This document shows, piece by piece, positions 1-12,119 of a stretch of DNA of 32,851 nt. The notes below the pieces were generated by a model. The model saw nothing but the letters and a program-made list of their open reading frames with translations. It was not told the DNA's origin and did no database searches. The position numbers and the translations under genes were made by a program. Origin of the DNA: Folioceros fuciformis (taxonomy: Eukaryota). Positions within the stretch are counted from its first letter, which is position 1. Each line of letters opens with the position of its first letter. Location of the stretch: contig JBNGIO010006237.1 of the NCBI GenBank assembly GCA_049999805.1, forward strand, positions 1 through 32,851. The letters are read 5' to 3'.

Positions 1-205
1 TGGCAAGCTCTCACAATTCCATAAAACAAGCTTGTTTCCGACAAGCGATTGCTTACAAGCGAGTTGCAGCCTCTGTAAAAACGACAGGCAAAGTCGAGAA
101 TCTGGGTCGTCCGCGTTGTATCCAGACTCCATCACAATCACAATCATTATCGTGGACGTTGATGTGAAAAGGCAAACATATTGGCAAAGGTTACTAGCGT
201 GTTAG

Positions 206-871
206 CTATGCCATCTCGGAGAGCCCCACGCGAGAGCTGGTCTTGGCGTGGGGGATTACGGAGGCGAAGGCAGAGGCCACTAGGTCGGACGGGAGCGCGC
301 CGAGCACGGTGGGAAGGTTGAAGACGCCGGAGTTTTGGCTGTTCATGACGGCGATGGCGGTGGCCTTGATGGTGCCAGCATTGCGCTGGTAGTGCACCAG
401 GCCTCGGGGGAAGACGAACACCTCGCCCTTGTTCACCACCTCCTTGTACAGGGTGTAGCCATTGGCGACGAAGGCCACCTCGATGCTGCCATCCACCACG
501 TAGAACACCTCGGAGGCCCGGGGGTGGATGTGCGGCGGGTTGAAGCCTCCCACGGCCAAGTCCACCCGCGCTGCGGCCACGCCCAGAGTGTTGACTGCGG
601 GCCAGAACTGCGCCGACCCCGGCATCACCGCTACCCCGAAGGGCGCGTTGGTCGGGTCCAGCCCGTTCACGAACGCCGAGTACTTGAAGTCCGACGACTT
701 CACATCCGCCACCGGCTTGCAAGAGAAGCCGTTCAGGCTGCTCCCGGCCAGAGGGTTGGAGGCGACGCAGAAATCCTGGAGCGGGTCCTCGTCCGCGGCC
801 CAGGCCGGAGCAGCCAACATCGCCACCGCTGCCACCAGCGCCAGGGCCATCACTGCCATCCTCCGAGCCAT
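206..871 (-). CDS. GLP: Germin-like protein (cupin 1), intronless, secreted
   Basis: ORF 206..898 begins at TTG; first ATG is 871. Hydrophobic signal peptide, then DEDPLQDFCVA (box A), GFNPPHIHPRASE (germin box 1) and KGEVFVFPRGLVHYQRN (box 2), with all Mn ligands H,H,E,H present. Strong GC3 bias. Confidence 0.95.
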   Translation of the reverse strand: MARRMAVMALALVAAVAMLAAPAWAADEDPLQDFCVASNPLAGSSLNGFSCKPVADVKSSDFKYSAFVNGLDPTNAPFGVAVMPGSAQFWPAVNTLGVAAARVDLAVGGFNPPHIHPRASEVFYVVDGSIEVAFVANGYTLYKEVVNKGEVFVFPRGLVHYQRNAGTIKATAIAVMNSQNSGVFNLPTVLGALPSDLVASAFASVIPHAKTSSRVGLSEMA

Positions 872-1148
872 GGACGCTTGCGAAGCTTGGCGTGCCAAAT
901 AGCGAAGCCGGGGGCGGAGTGCTAAATCGTGAAGAGTGCTTGCCTGGGGGCCTTTTTAAGGGCATGCACAATAATGCACCTACTTGACGGAATCGGACAA
1001 GGTACGTAGGATGCCGTGCCTGGCTTGCCCTTGCCCGACTCCGTGCAGCCACGCACGCAGATATTGCACGTGCGTGCTCAAGGATTGCTACGCCGACACA
1101 GAGTGCAGTCAGATTTGCTTTGAGATTCCTTGCAGCCTGGGCTCTCTC

Positions 1149-2111
1149 TCAACGAGTCTTCAGTCTAACGTTACAGCGCGGATAATTGGCAATGACCTTC
1201 ACACCTAGCCAGGGATGAACTTCCAAGGGAATTTTGGATTCGTCAACGGATGTCGTCTCGAAAGACAATGCAGAATGCAGCATCAGGGCTGGAGAATTTT
1301 GAGGTCCTTCGCTGGAGCTCCGGGCCCAGCCGTGTTTTCTCTCGCTTCCAAGCAAGCTTGGCATGAACTTCTCTTGTGTCTCTATGTGCAGGTAGGTACT
1401 CTGAGTACGTCCAAGCCTGCAAATAGGACAAGGTCTCCCCGCAAGATCTAATGCTGCCAATGCTCTACCTTCGAGAAGTAGGCCAATTCAGATACCTCTT
1501 CTCCACCTGCTTGTTGAACATGAGCGCTGCGCTTCTATCAATAGCTATTACATCTCATAGTACACCACTGCACCTGCAATGCCACAATGCTGCTGTCACA
1601 CCAGTTCAATTGTGCGACGTGCTCATTGAGACTTTCTTTTCCTTCACAATCGGGCGACTTGAGCTTCTGGGGCCGCCGTTGGCTCCCTCCAATTCTTTAG
1701 GTCAATGACATCTGTGGTTTAGGAAAACTTCAAAGCACACTTGGATTTTTACAGCCTTTGGAACTGGAGATGGTGCACCTTGCAACTGCTTTGTTGAGAC
1801 ATTTCGTACGCGTACACTTGCAATGATCCAGAGGCCAATTGGCGTCTGGATCCTGCAGCAGGGCCCACCCATGCTTTCTGTCCGTGGGCCCATGCTTTCT
1901 GTCCGTGGGCCCATGCTTTCTGTCCGTTCCAGAAAAGCATGAAATGAGCTTCTCTTGTGTGTCTATATGGAAGAAGATACCCGCCTTCCCGACGCTGAGG
2001 CTCTCTTCGCGATTTCTCCCATCGCGCTTTCCCACCGTCGCCTGTTCTTGAGTCTCAAGCTGCCCCTGACACTCAGTACTGATACTGATGACGATGATGA
2101 CGAGAGTGATC
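1149..2111 (-). pseudogene. Degenerate unidentified coding sequence with a duplicated HI(D/E)TQEK...RKHGWA motif, interrupted by Copia element 1
   Basis: 1322-1390 and 1861-1971 are homologous. In one minus frame the differences are largely synonymous (AGA AAA CAC GGC TGG GCC vs AGA AAG CAT GGG TGG GCC). Stops lie in between; no family recognised. Confidence 0.35.
1868..1927. repeat. 21-bp tandem repeat, about 3 copies (cccatgctttctgtccgtggg)
   Basis: Read directly; encodes TDRKHGP repeats on the minus strand. Confidence 0.9.
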
Positions 2112-2339
2112 TGTTAGGATAATCTAGTTAAGAGAGTGCTTAGTCATCGATCCCTAGCAATAGCTCTCATTGGTAGATAGCGAAGAGTCACGACGTTTAG
2201 ATCGCAACGTTCAGCACTCATGCCTCCAAAAGGGCAGATCGTGCAAAAGGGCAGATCGTGTATCGTGTATGCGCTGTGAGTGTACTAATGATAATCCATT
2301 GTCTTTCTTAATTTGTGTGCTCAGCGTAGAAGAACAACA
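2112..2339 (+). repeat. 5' LTR of Copia element 1
   Basis: Direct repeat of 7219-7422 with about 9 substitutions plus internal duplications (aaaagggcagatcgtg twice). Confidence 0.95.
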
Positions 2340-2352
2340 TGGTATCGGAGCC
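2340..2352 (+). promoter_or_regulatory. Primer binding site (initiator tRNA-Met type)
   Basis: TGGTATCGGAGCC directly after the LTR; one mismatch to canonical TGGTATCAGAGC. Confidence 0.9.
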
Positions 2353-2691
2353 ACTCTAGCGATGTCATTAGAGGTTTTCATAATCAGATGGCACTTTAGA
2401 TCCTTCCTGGTGACCATCACAAGGAAAATGGAAATTCCAGAAATTCCTTCACTTCCCATGAGCAATGGAATGGTAGAAAGACGAACTCGGGAACTTGTGC
2501 TGGATAGACAATTTTTGCATCAAGCACGACTTCATGATGAAGACTCATCAATCTCAGAAATGGAGCAAATTCTAACCTGCACAAATGACTATAGTCAGCC
2601 CAGTACATTACCCACTCAATAAAATTGCCTGTAGTTTTTAGGTAGAAGCACATTATGGCAGGCATACCCTAGCCAAATAGCATTCAGTCTC

Positions 2692-5600
2692 ATGTTCAAA
2701 GCTTTTAACGGCAGCAACTACTCAACATGGAAAACCAAGATGCAACTTCTTCTACGAAATGAAAATGTATGGACCATTGTGGAGGGGACAGAACTCGTAT
2801 CGATACGGGGACCAGCGACCCCTGGTGGTACACAGCCACCTGCTCTCCCTCTAACTAGACCATGTAGTGTTGCAGACTGGGAAGAGCATAACTTAAATGC
2901 TCTCACCCTGATCTCCTTCTATGTGGAAGATTCACACAGTCAGTACTTGGATGAGTGCACCACATCACATGCTGCTTGGCTAGCTCTACATCAATTATGT
3001 GAGACTCATGACTCATCTACTAGGCTGTACCTACGTCGTCGTTTCTACCAGATCAAAATGCAAGAAAATGAAGCAATTTCAGCATTTCTTCTGAGATTCA
3101 AAGAGTCCCTATCACAATTGGCAGCATCAGGAGTTAAAATAGATGAGGATGACAAAGTAGAAACATTGTTGTCCAGTATGCCAGAAAGCTATGATATAGC
3201 CGTCATAAATATAGGAGCGAGACCTACCCTGACTGTAGAAGAGGTGGGAGGTCTCTTATTAAGGGAAGAGTATAGACGCTTAGGAAAGTCAAGTGCCCTT
3301 GGTGGTAGTTCCTCATCTACAGCTTTGTATGCCAGCCGTAGACCCTTCCCTAGGAACAAGCCCTTCCCTAGACCATCCTATGATCATGTTGGAACATCCA
3401 GCAAGCCCCCGGCTAAATCAGAAACCTCAGCAAAGAAAGGTAAATGCAACTATTGTAAATTACCTGGTCACTATGCTCGAGAGTGCAAGAAGAAAAAGTC
3501 AGATGAAGCCTCCAAGTCCCGCATTGGAGTGCATTCAGCCATAGCCTTCATGGCTAGTGAGACTCTTAGTCTCTCCCAACCTGATGTGTGGATCCTAGAT
3601 TCAAGAGCTACCAAATACATGACACCCAACCACTCATGGTTTCAGTCGTATGAGCCCCTCTCTACAGGTGAAAAAGTCTACCTGGGTGATGACACCCCAG
3701 TCCCCATTGTGGGGAGAGGTACAATTCCTATCGCTTTCTATGATGGATCCGAGAGGCTTATTACACATGTCCTGCATGTTCCCGGGTTGAAGCGAAATTT
3801 ACTCTCCGTAGGTCGTATTACAGATGCTGGTTACAATCTATAGTTGCATAGAACTAACTTTACCATACAAGATCCACGAGGTGAATTGGCTCTTACAGTG
3901 AGAAACAAGGTGACTTCTATGTGCTTAGCGGTGCTCCAGGCGGTTCTTCCCCTTCGAACTTGGGCTTCACCCCTGCAGCATTAAAAGCCACAGTCAGTAA
4001 TCCCCTCACCTCTCTTGACTTGTGGCACCGAAGGTTAGGCCATGTGAGTCCTAGCAAACTGCAAGACATGCTTTCCAAGTAGGCAATTATTGGACTCACT
4101 GTCAATCCTTGTGATGCTCCTAGTTTTTGTGAAAGCTGCGTGCATGGCAAGCATCAATGCCGCTCGTTTCCCAAAACTGGAGCACACAGGGCCACCAAGG
4201 TGTTAGAGCTCAAACATAGTGATCTTTGCGGTCCTTTCCAAACTCAATCTATAAGTGGCAAGACCTGGCTTCTCACCTTCATTGATGACTACACTAGGCA
4301 TGTTACTGTCTATTTTCTACGCCACAAGAGTGATGTCCTGGATGCTCTTAAGTCCTATTGCACCCACGTAGAAACACAACATGGGCCAAAGATTCACCTC
4401 CTTTGCACCGACAATGGCACAAAATATTGCAATCATGCATTCCAGGACTATTGCTCAAGGTCGGATATTCAGAGACAAAGTACTGTACCGTATACACCTG
4501 AGCAAAATGGGGTTAGTGAACGCCTCAATCACATGCTTATGGAGGCGGCTCGTACAATGCTTAGGGCAGCCGGGCCTTCCCAATACCCTTTGAGCGGAGG
4601 CCATCTCCACAGCAGCCTACTTGCACAATCGTGTACTAACCAGTGCTATCCCCAACATCACTCCAGAGGAGGCTTGGACGGGTCGTAAGCCTTCTATTTC
4701 TCATCTACGGACCTTTGGCTGCTATGCCTACGCACACATTCCCAAGGATTTGCGCCGCAAACTCGATTCCAAGGCCCTCACCTGTGTGTTGGTAGGCTAC
4801 AATCTAGAATCGAAGGCCTATCGCCTCTATGATCTTGCAGCCCATAAGATCATTGTGGCCAGAGATGTGGTCTTCGATGAATCTCGTTTCTATGGCAGCC
4901 CAATGCCAGTGGGAGCTCTTCCCTCTCGCACCATAAGCCCTCCATACCCTGGCGCTGGTGATCTTTGGAATATCCTCTGCTGCAGGAGCGCTCTCCCGCG
5001 GTGCTATCGGCACATGTGATTCCTGAGGCTGTCCCTGCCCTTGTGGTGCCCCCTCCTGTCCTGCCAACCCCGGTGGTGCAAACCCCAGGCCCGCTGCTTG
5101 CGCTCCTTCCTACTCCAACTATTCCTCCCCAAGGTACCCCTATTTCTCCCTCCTTTCTTGCCTCTTCCTCAGATATTGAGGACTATGGTGGGGCTTGGCC
5201 TCTCTCCCCTACTCGTGCCGTGCCTGTGGTGCTTCCNNNNNNNNNNNNNNNNNNNNNNNNNNNNNNNNNNNNNNNNNNNNNNNNNNNNNNNNNNNNNNNN
5301 NNNNNNNNNNNNNNNNNNNNNNNNNNNNNNNNNNNNGGCTTGGCCTCTCTCCCCTACTCGTGCCGTGCCTGTGGTGCTTCCTTCTGGATTTTCGTTCCGC
5401 CCCGAGCACCCTGTTCCTGGGTTGCCTCGTCTTGTGCCTCCCCAATTTGGTGGGGACCTGGTGGAAAGATTGTTGGCGCCACAAGCAGAAGCATCCCAAT
5501 CTCGGCTACACTCCAAAGGCAGGTAGGAAGTTAAAACCTAAACGTGACCCCGACTTTTCATACCTTTCTTATTTAGCAGATTATGAAGAAACTCCTCTAA

Positions 5601-7212
5601 AAGCATCGGAGGCTCGTGAGTCTGTGACCATGAGAGAGGCATTGTTTGGCCCCACGTCAAAACAGTGGGAGCAAGACATACAGTCAGAGTATGATTCCCT
5701 CATACAGAATGGTACTTGGGAATTAGTTGATCTCCCACCAGGTAGAAAACCCATCATCTGCAAATGGGTGTTCAAGCATAAACATGATTCATTTGAACAG
5801 ATTAGTCGCTATAAGACTAGACTTGTAGCCAAGGGCTATAGCCAGGTTCAAGGGTTAGATTATGAGGACACTTTCTCGCCAGTCATGCGGCTGGCAACTG
5901 TGCGTGTCCTGCTGTCCTTGGCCACCATGCTAGATATGGAAGTCTACCAGCTAGATGTAAAAACTGCATTTTTGCATGGTCATCTAGAGGAAGAAATCTA
6001 CATGATGCAGCCCGAAGGTTACACTTCACCAGGTACTGCTAACAAAGTGTGTAGGTTAAAGAAATCCATCTACGGCTTGAAGCAAGCCCCAAGGTCCTCG
6101 AATGCCAGGATCAATGAGTACTTGCTCAGACACGGGTTTGACAAAAGCTCTGCAAATTCCTCCTTGTACATCAAGCATGAGAATGGTGAATTCATAGCTC
6201 TAGGTCTTTGGGTTGATGACACCATCCTAGTCACTAAGGATCTTGATTTGCTAGCTCGTACCAAGGCACTCCTTCAAGCAAAATTTGACATGACGGATGT
6301 TGGAGCTATTGAGTTTTTCCTAGGCATACAGGTTCTTGGTAACCGAGCTAACAGAACTATGTTTCTAACTCAAAAGCAGTACATTCATTCTATGTTAGAG
6401 AGATTTAACATGTCGAATTGCAATGGTGTGAGCACACCATTAGAGGCCAACAAGAAGCTAATGAAGGCAGACTCTCCCCAGACCGACGAAGAAAAATCGG
6501 CTATGTCTGGTTTTCCTTACCAACCAGTCGTAGGTTCAGTCATGTATGCTAGCGTGTGTACTCGTGTTGATCTTTCCTTTACATCTGGCAAATTGTCTTA
6601 GTTCTCCTCTAACCCAGGGGACGATCACTGCCAGTCAGCCAAGCGGACGCTACGATACATGAAGGAAACTACTGATCACGGACTAAAGTATGGAGGTTTG
6701 TCATCTTCGGATGGTCTCACTCTCACCGGCTTTTGTGATATTGATTATGGCAGTGACCAAGACTCTAGAAAGTCCACCACGGGCTACGTACTCATGCGGG
6801 CTACGTACTCATGCTTGGTGGTGGAGCTGTCGCCTGGTCAAGCAAAAGGTAAGCCACTGTTGCTCAATCGAGCACGGAGGCTGAGTATATTGCAGCAGCA
6901 GAAATGGCCAAGGAGTGCGTTTATATCCGAAGACTTCTTACAGATTTACAACAGCCTCAACCTGGTCCGACTATGATCTATTGTGACAATCAAGCGTGCA
7001 TGGCCATGTCAAAAGACCCAACATACCACGGGCGAACGAAGCACATACAAATCCGATACCACTTTATCCGAGAGATGGTGGCAGCAGAAGAAATCACTCT
7101 CGCATTTTGTCGCTCTGAGCAGAACTTGGCAGATGTTTTGACGAAGTCTCTACCCAAGGAGCAACATTAGAGATGCGTTACAGGATTGGGCGTGACCAAG
7201 CCAGCTGTCTAG
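2692..7212 (+). pseudogene. Disrupted Copia gag-pol polyprotein
   Basis: FNGSNYSTWK gag start, zinc knuckle CNYCKLPGHYAREC, protease WILDSRAT, LWHRRLGH, integrase HSDLCGP/TFIDDY/PEQNGVSER, RT LDVKTAFL...WVDD, RNase H YCDNQA/TKHIQIRYHF. Several stops (e.g. 3841, 7168) and frameshifts, including a 17-bp duplication at 6780-6813. Confidence 0.95.
5237..5336. other. Assembly gap (100 N)
   Basis: N run with about 45 bp duplicated on both sides. Confidence 0.99.
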
Positions 7213-7218
7213 TGGGAG

Positions 7219-7422
7219 TGTTAGCATAATCTAGTTAAGACAGCGCTTAGTCATCGATCCCTAGCAATAGCTCTCATTGGTAGATAGCGAAGAGTCACGA
7301 CGTTTAGATCGCAACGTTCAGCAATCATGCCTCCAAAGGGCAGATCGTGTATGCGCTGTGAGTGTAGTAATGATAATCCATTGTCTTTCTTAGTTCGTGT
7401 GCTCGCGCGTAGGAGAACAACA
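7219..7422 (+). repeat. 3' LTR of Copia element 1
   Basis: Follows PPT AGTGGGAG; matches 2112-2339. Confidence 0.95.
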
Positions 7423-8538
7423 GATCCGATAATGGTGGTTGCACGGTGGGGTGGTGCAGTCTTCGCCGTGGTGAGATTCCTCTCGAGCTCTGAGGTAGGG
7501 TAGCTATAGGAAAATGAGTCATCGGAACAAGGCCAGCTATCAACAAGTGCATAGCCCTCAAGCCTTGCTTTGCCATATTCATTTGCATCCAGACTTCTCA
7601 GGCCTTCTCAGACCCTGACCTGTTGTAGGTGCCCAGCCTTGCCTCTTCAGGTGGGCACTATCATGATATGTATTATGGTAATCTAAAGCCTTCTGACCAC
7701 TCCGCACCCATTTACATGGCTGTGAGCACTCATGCACAGATCCTTGGGTCAGCTATGAGCTTGTGATACGGTGCACGTTTCTTAGCAAACGTAATGGCTC
7801 TGAACATAAAGGTGTATGGCATGCCAAAGCGGACACTCTCTCACTATGCTTTCCCATAGGGTATCTACCAGAATATTCCCTTTTGATGTCTATATTTTTT
7901 GTTTTGGTAAGCCGACCAAATCGAACTCCACACCAAAGGGACATGGCTCAACGGTTACAGCCCGTTTTGCCGGGCGGCCTTAGGGCAAAAAGCCCAAACA
8001 CGGCCTGTAACCATGGGTGGGGGTGCGCCCATGCTTGAGCAAGGTTTGCTTGCAAAGTGCAAGCATGTCTTGTTTGGTTTTGGCTCTAAAACTTGCGTAC
8101 GCGTCAAAGGGGACGCGTAAACCCTGTGTTTGTAAAAAAACTTAGAGAGAAGGGATGCGTCCCCTTGGCATGCCATAAAGATGGCGGTGGGTAAAGAAGG
8201 AAGCAGTAAGAGGGTGAGGACTTCTTAAGAAACATTTTATTGTTCCTTCGTCTTATCGTCTCATGTGCTCGAGAATGTGCCGTGGAGTTTAGTGCTACTC
8301 GGTTTTCCCTCGGACAGCAATGACTTGACGGTTGTCTACCATTGTGCACTTTCTATCATACATGTTGTAGATGCAAAAATATCTGTCTAAGATGGTGCAG
8401 TTTCTTTCATTCATTTTGTACATGCAACCCAAATGAGGGTGGAGGAGCGGACTCCCTGCTCAAGAGGCCACCCCTCATTTTACTCTTGGGGCGCGCCAAG
8501 ATTCCAAAGTAAGTAAGTGTGCTAAGTGTTGGATAGAT

Positions 8539-9009
8539 TGTTAGAAGCATCAGCGCCATGTGTGGCACTGTCGATTGTAGATAGCTAGCTGTAAAGGTAG
8601 TTGGAGGTACGCCGACCGCCGTCGGTAGTGGAGGCCTCCGTCCATAAAATGCTCTCCGCTCTAGTTAGATAGGGCCACTTCTCCCGCTCTTGGCTGTAGA
8701 GGAGTCCCGTTGGTTGGTGTATGCCACCACCTTGGAGGAGGTGGTGAGGAGGGGGCTGTGGTTGGGTTTTCTAGCAATCGGCTTAAGGCCCTGCAAGTAC
8801 TCTCACCCCTCCTTGAGGTCAGTCGTGAAAATGTTCAATGCATCTCTGACCGATCGGCGTGCAAGCAAGAGAATCAATTAGGTTCGTGGTCTATACAGGT
8901 TATGTGTTCTGGTAAAGAAGTGCCACGAAATGCAACCACTTAGTAGCATGTCGTTTTGTGTCAAGTGAACCGTGCCCTAACTAATGCTAGGGATACTATT
9001 ATTGTAACA
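8539..9009 (-). repeat. Putative 3' LTR of Copia element 2
   Basis: Starts TGTTA right after the PPT and ends TAACA at 8539 (5-bp terminal inverted repeat). The left boundary is inferred because there is no partner LTR. Confidence 0.7.
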
Positions 9010-11208
9010 CTCCCACTTAGTGACCTAGCATTAGACTTAGGACTTATATTTAGAATACATGAGTGTTAATTATTGCTAAAGAAAGCTTGAGATAGTCTTC
9101 TTAAGCCCATTGATGCGCAGTGCTGCTGGTGCTTGGCCGAGCTGAGGGCTTTGGTCAGGATATCAGCTATCATTTGTTCGGTCAGCCAATATAGGACTTC
9201 AAATTTTCCGTCCTTTACTACTTTCCGGATAAAATGAAATTGTACCTCTATGTGTTTGGTACGCGCATGGTACTTAGGGCTATAGGTAAGCGAGATAGTT
9301 CCCTGGTTGTCATAGTAGAGGGATCTTGGGAGATGTTGAGCTTCTCCTAATTCCGATAGTTGTTGAAGTTGCCATAGTCCTTCTTTACAAGCATGTGTCA
9401 AGGATGCTATATTCTGCTTCCGTGGAGCTGAGAGTAATCACTTGTTGCCGCTTGTTGCTCCAACTCGAGGCTGTGCCTTCGAGCAAATACACATAGCTGC
9501 TTGTGCTCTTCCTAACGTCCTTGTCCCCTGCCCAATTAGCGTCACTATATCCTTGAAGCTGAAGGTGCTCATCTTGCTTAGCAGAGGACTAGTATAGGAG
9601 TCCCATATCCGAAGTAGATCTAAGATATCTAAATATGTGCTTAATAGCCTTCCAATGTTCTGATGTGGGAGATGATAAAAACTAAGAGAGTGCTCCCACT
9701 GGAAAAGCAAGGTCTAGCCTAGTGCAGACCATTAAGTACATAAAGCTTCCAACTGCTGAAGAGTAGGGTACCCCATTCGTGTCAGGATCTGGAGTTGAGT
9801 CTCGATCTGCCTTAATCAGCTTAAGGTTAACTTCCATTGGTGTGGAGATAGGCTTAGAGTCTTGCATCTTGTACTCAGTTAAAACTTCTTGAATATATTT
9901 GGATTGATGTATAAATATACTTCTAGACTCTTTGTGTCTAACTATTTGAATGCCTAAACAATGAGATAAATCCCTGCAATTGGTCATAGCAAAACACTTC
10001 GAAAGCATTGACCTAGTCTCTTCTAGCATGGGTTTGGAGTTAGACATTAGAACAATATCGTCTACATATACAGCAAGTAGAATAAAACAATCATTTGATT
10101 TTCTAATATAGATGTTGCTATCGGAGTCTAGTTTGGTAAACTCTAAGGCCTCTAAGGTTTCATCTAACTTAGAGTACCACTCCATAGCGCTTTGTTTGAG
10201 TTCATAAAGTGCTTTCAATAATTTGCATGCATTGTATAGTCGTCTATTGACCTTAATCCCCTCGAGTATGTCCATATATGTGTGTTATAGGTCGTCGTAT
10301 AAGAAGGCAGTTTTTATATCCAGTTGCAAGAGCTCATAATCATGGTGAGAGGCTAATGCTATAAGGGTCCTAAGTGATGTAATCTTGAGTACCGGGCTGA
10401 ATGTTTCATCATAATCAAACCCGTGTTGTTGAGAATAGCCCTTAGCTACTAACCTTGCCTTATACCTCTCTATGTTGCCGCCAGCGTTTAGCTTGATCTT
10501 AAATGTCCATTTTGAGCCCACTAATTTTCTGTCTGGAGGTAAAGTGGTGAGAGTCCAAGTTTTGTTAGCCCTAAGTGAGTCCAGTTCTGATTTAATAGCA
10601 ATTTTCCAATTTTCGATTTCAGGACATGTAATAGACTCATGATAAGTTGCGAGTACAAATTGATCAATAGCCGCATATAAGCAATGAGCTAAATTCATTT
10701 TAGGGTCCCTCCAATTGGATGGAGAATACCTCCGTATGGTACCTAGACTCGTACGTTGTGATCGTCTGCCGGGCCTGATATCCGTGTGTGTGTTATCCTC
10801 GTCTTGTGAGTTGTGTGACCTGAAAAGAGCACTATGTTCTGAGCCTGAAACACCTCTATGTTGAGGGCGGGAAGATGCATCCATCTTCACGCTCTGGTGT
10901 TGAGGATGGAGGTCTTGGTCCTCCGGGCTGCCAATGCCGAAGGGGTCGTCCTCTGCACTGCTGCTATCTCCTCCTGCAGATTGTGGGCGATGGCCGAGGC
11001 TAGAGGCCGTAGGCTGCGATGCAATTGAGGACGCGAGCTCCTCCTTGTCGAAATCGCCGAAGGTGAAAGAGTCTGCACGTACGTGTTGGTGATGGAGATT
11101 GGGAACTGGTTGGGCAGGCTGTTGTGCTGTAGGTTGGATAGGTTGTGCCTGATTTGGCTGTGGTGTGGGTTGTGCAGGAGGAGCTGTTCCCATGGAAATA
11201 TCGTCGTC

Positions 11209-11218
11209 NNNNNNNNNN
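11209..11218. other. Assembly gap (10 N)
   Basis: N run with about 47 bp duplicated on both sides. Confidence 0.99.
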
Positions 11219-11726
11219 GGTGTGGGTTGTGCAGGAGGAGCTGTTCCCATGGAAATATCGTCGTCGCTATCTGCATGATCTGTAGGGAGGTTGGATGCTC
11301 CCACTGCAACTGGGCCCTACATATCTTCTAAAAAAAGTGACATCTCGTGAATGGGTCACTTTGTGAGTCTGTGGGTGCATGATTTTAAAACCCTTGACGC
11401 CGTTGGTGAAGCCAATAAAGATGTGTTTACTTGCACGATCCTCTAACTTGGTTCTTGTGGCTTTAGGTACATGTGCATACACGGGAGAGCCGAACACTCT
11501 GAGGTTGGATAAATCAGGCTTGTGTCTCGTCCATGCTTCGTAAGGAGTTTGTTGTGGCAAAGCAGCCATTACAGATCTGTTGATGAGGTAAACTGCATGG
11601 GCCATTGCTTCTGGCCAGTATGTCTTGGGCAGGTTAGCATGGATCAGCATGGTCAGTCCATAATCTTGGACTGTTCTGTTCATACGTTGTGACACCCCGT
11701 TCTACTGAGAGGTGTGAGGTGTGGTC

Positions 11727-12119
11727 TGTTGAGATGTCACCCCCGCCATGCTCAAAGGAGGTTAAAACAAGTTAGTTGAAGCAAGATGCAGAATCCCAAA
11801 ACTAAGAGCACTATAACAAGGCTCTTAAACTAAAATAAAAAGGAGAATTACAAAAACAACACTATACAAGTGAAGAGGGAGTTAGACTGCATATACTAAG
11901 TGGGTTCATCCCTTCTTTTATGGACCTATGGGTGGCACTCTCATTTCGTGCCCAATATGGGATAAATGACCCTACAATACTTCTTTTGCCTAACATAGCA
12001 AAGTCTAATAAGCTATATATATATATTAATCATAACCTTAATCACTCTTACCACTAATTAGTACAAACTCAATAAGCTGGATTAGCACTAATTAATATCA
12101 ACATTAATCATGCTTAACA
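11727..12119 (-). mobile_element. Solo LTR (393 bp) nested in the integrase of element 2
   Basis: TGTT...AACA ends with a perfect 5-bp TSD TGGTC (11722-11726 and 12120-12124). Removing it restores INREVTTPHTSQ*NGVSQRMNRT. Strand inferred from a CATAAAA TATA-like site followed by a T-rich tract. Confidence 0.92.

Larger units (their letters stand above)
2112..7422 (+). mobile_element. Full-length decayed Ty1/Copia LTR retrotransposon (element 1)
   Basis: 5' LTR 2112-2339 and 3' LTR 7219-7422 (TGTT...AACA), PBS TGGTATCGGAGCC at 2340, PPT AGTGGGAG at 7211-7218, GATC on both flanks, domain order gag-PR-IN-RT-RH. Confidence 0.97.

Noticed and set aside
147-1052. 301-aa minus ORF and plus-strand ORFs 335-925 and 528-902
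   Set aside because: Alternative-frame and antisense shadows of the GC-rich germin CDS; no recognisable motifs.
2170-2622. 150-aa ORF upstream of gag
   Set aside because: Starts at a non-ATG codon inside the LTR and crosses the PBS; no motifs.
5192-5381. Apparent ~45-bp direct repeat in Copia element 1
   Set aside because: The copies flank a 100-N gap; most likely an unmerged contig overlap.
11162-11265. Duplicated DDDISMGTAPPAQPT segment
   Set aside because: The copies flank a 10-N gap; probably an assembly artefact.
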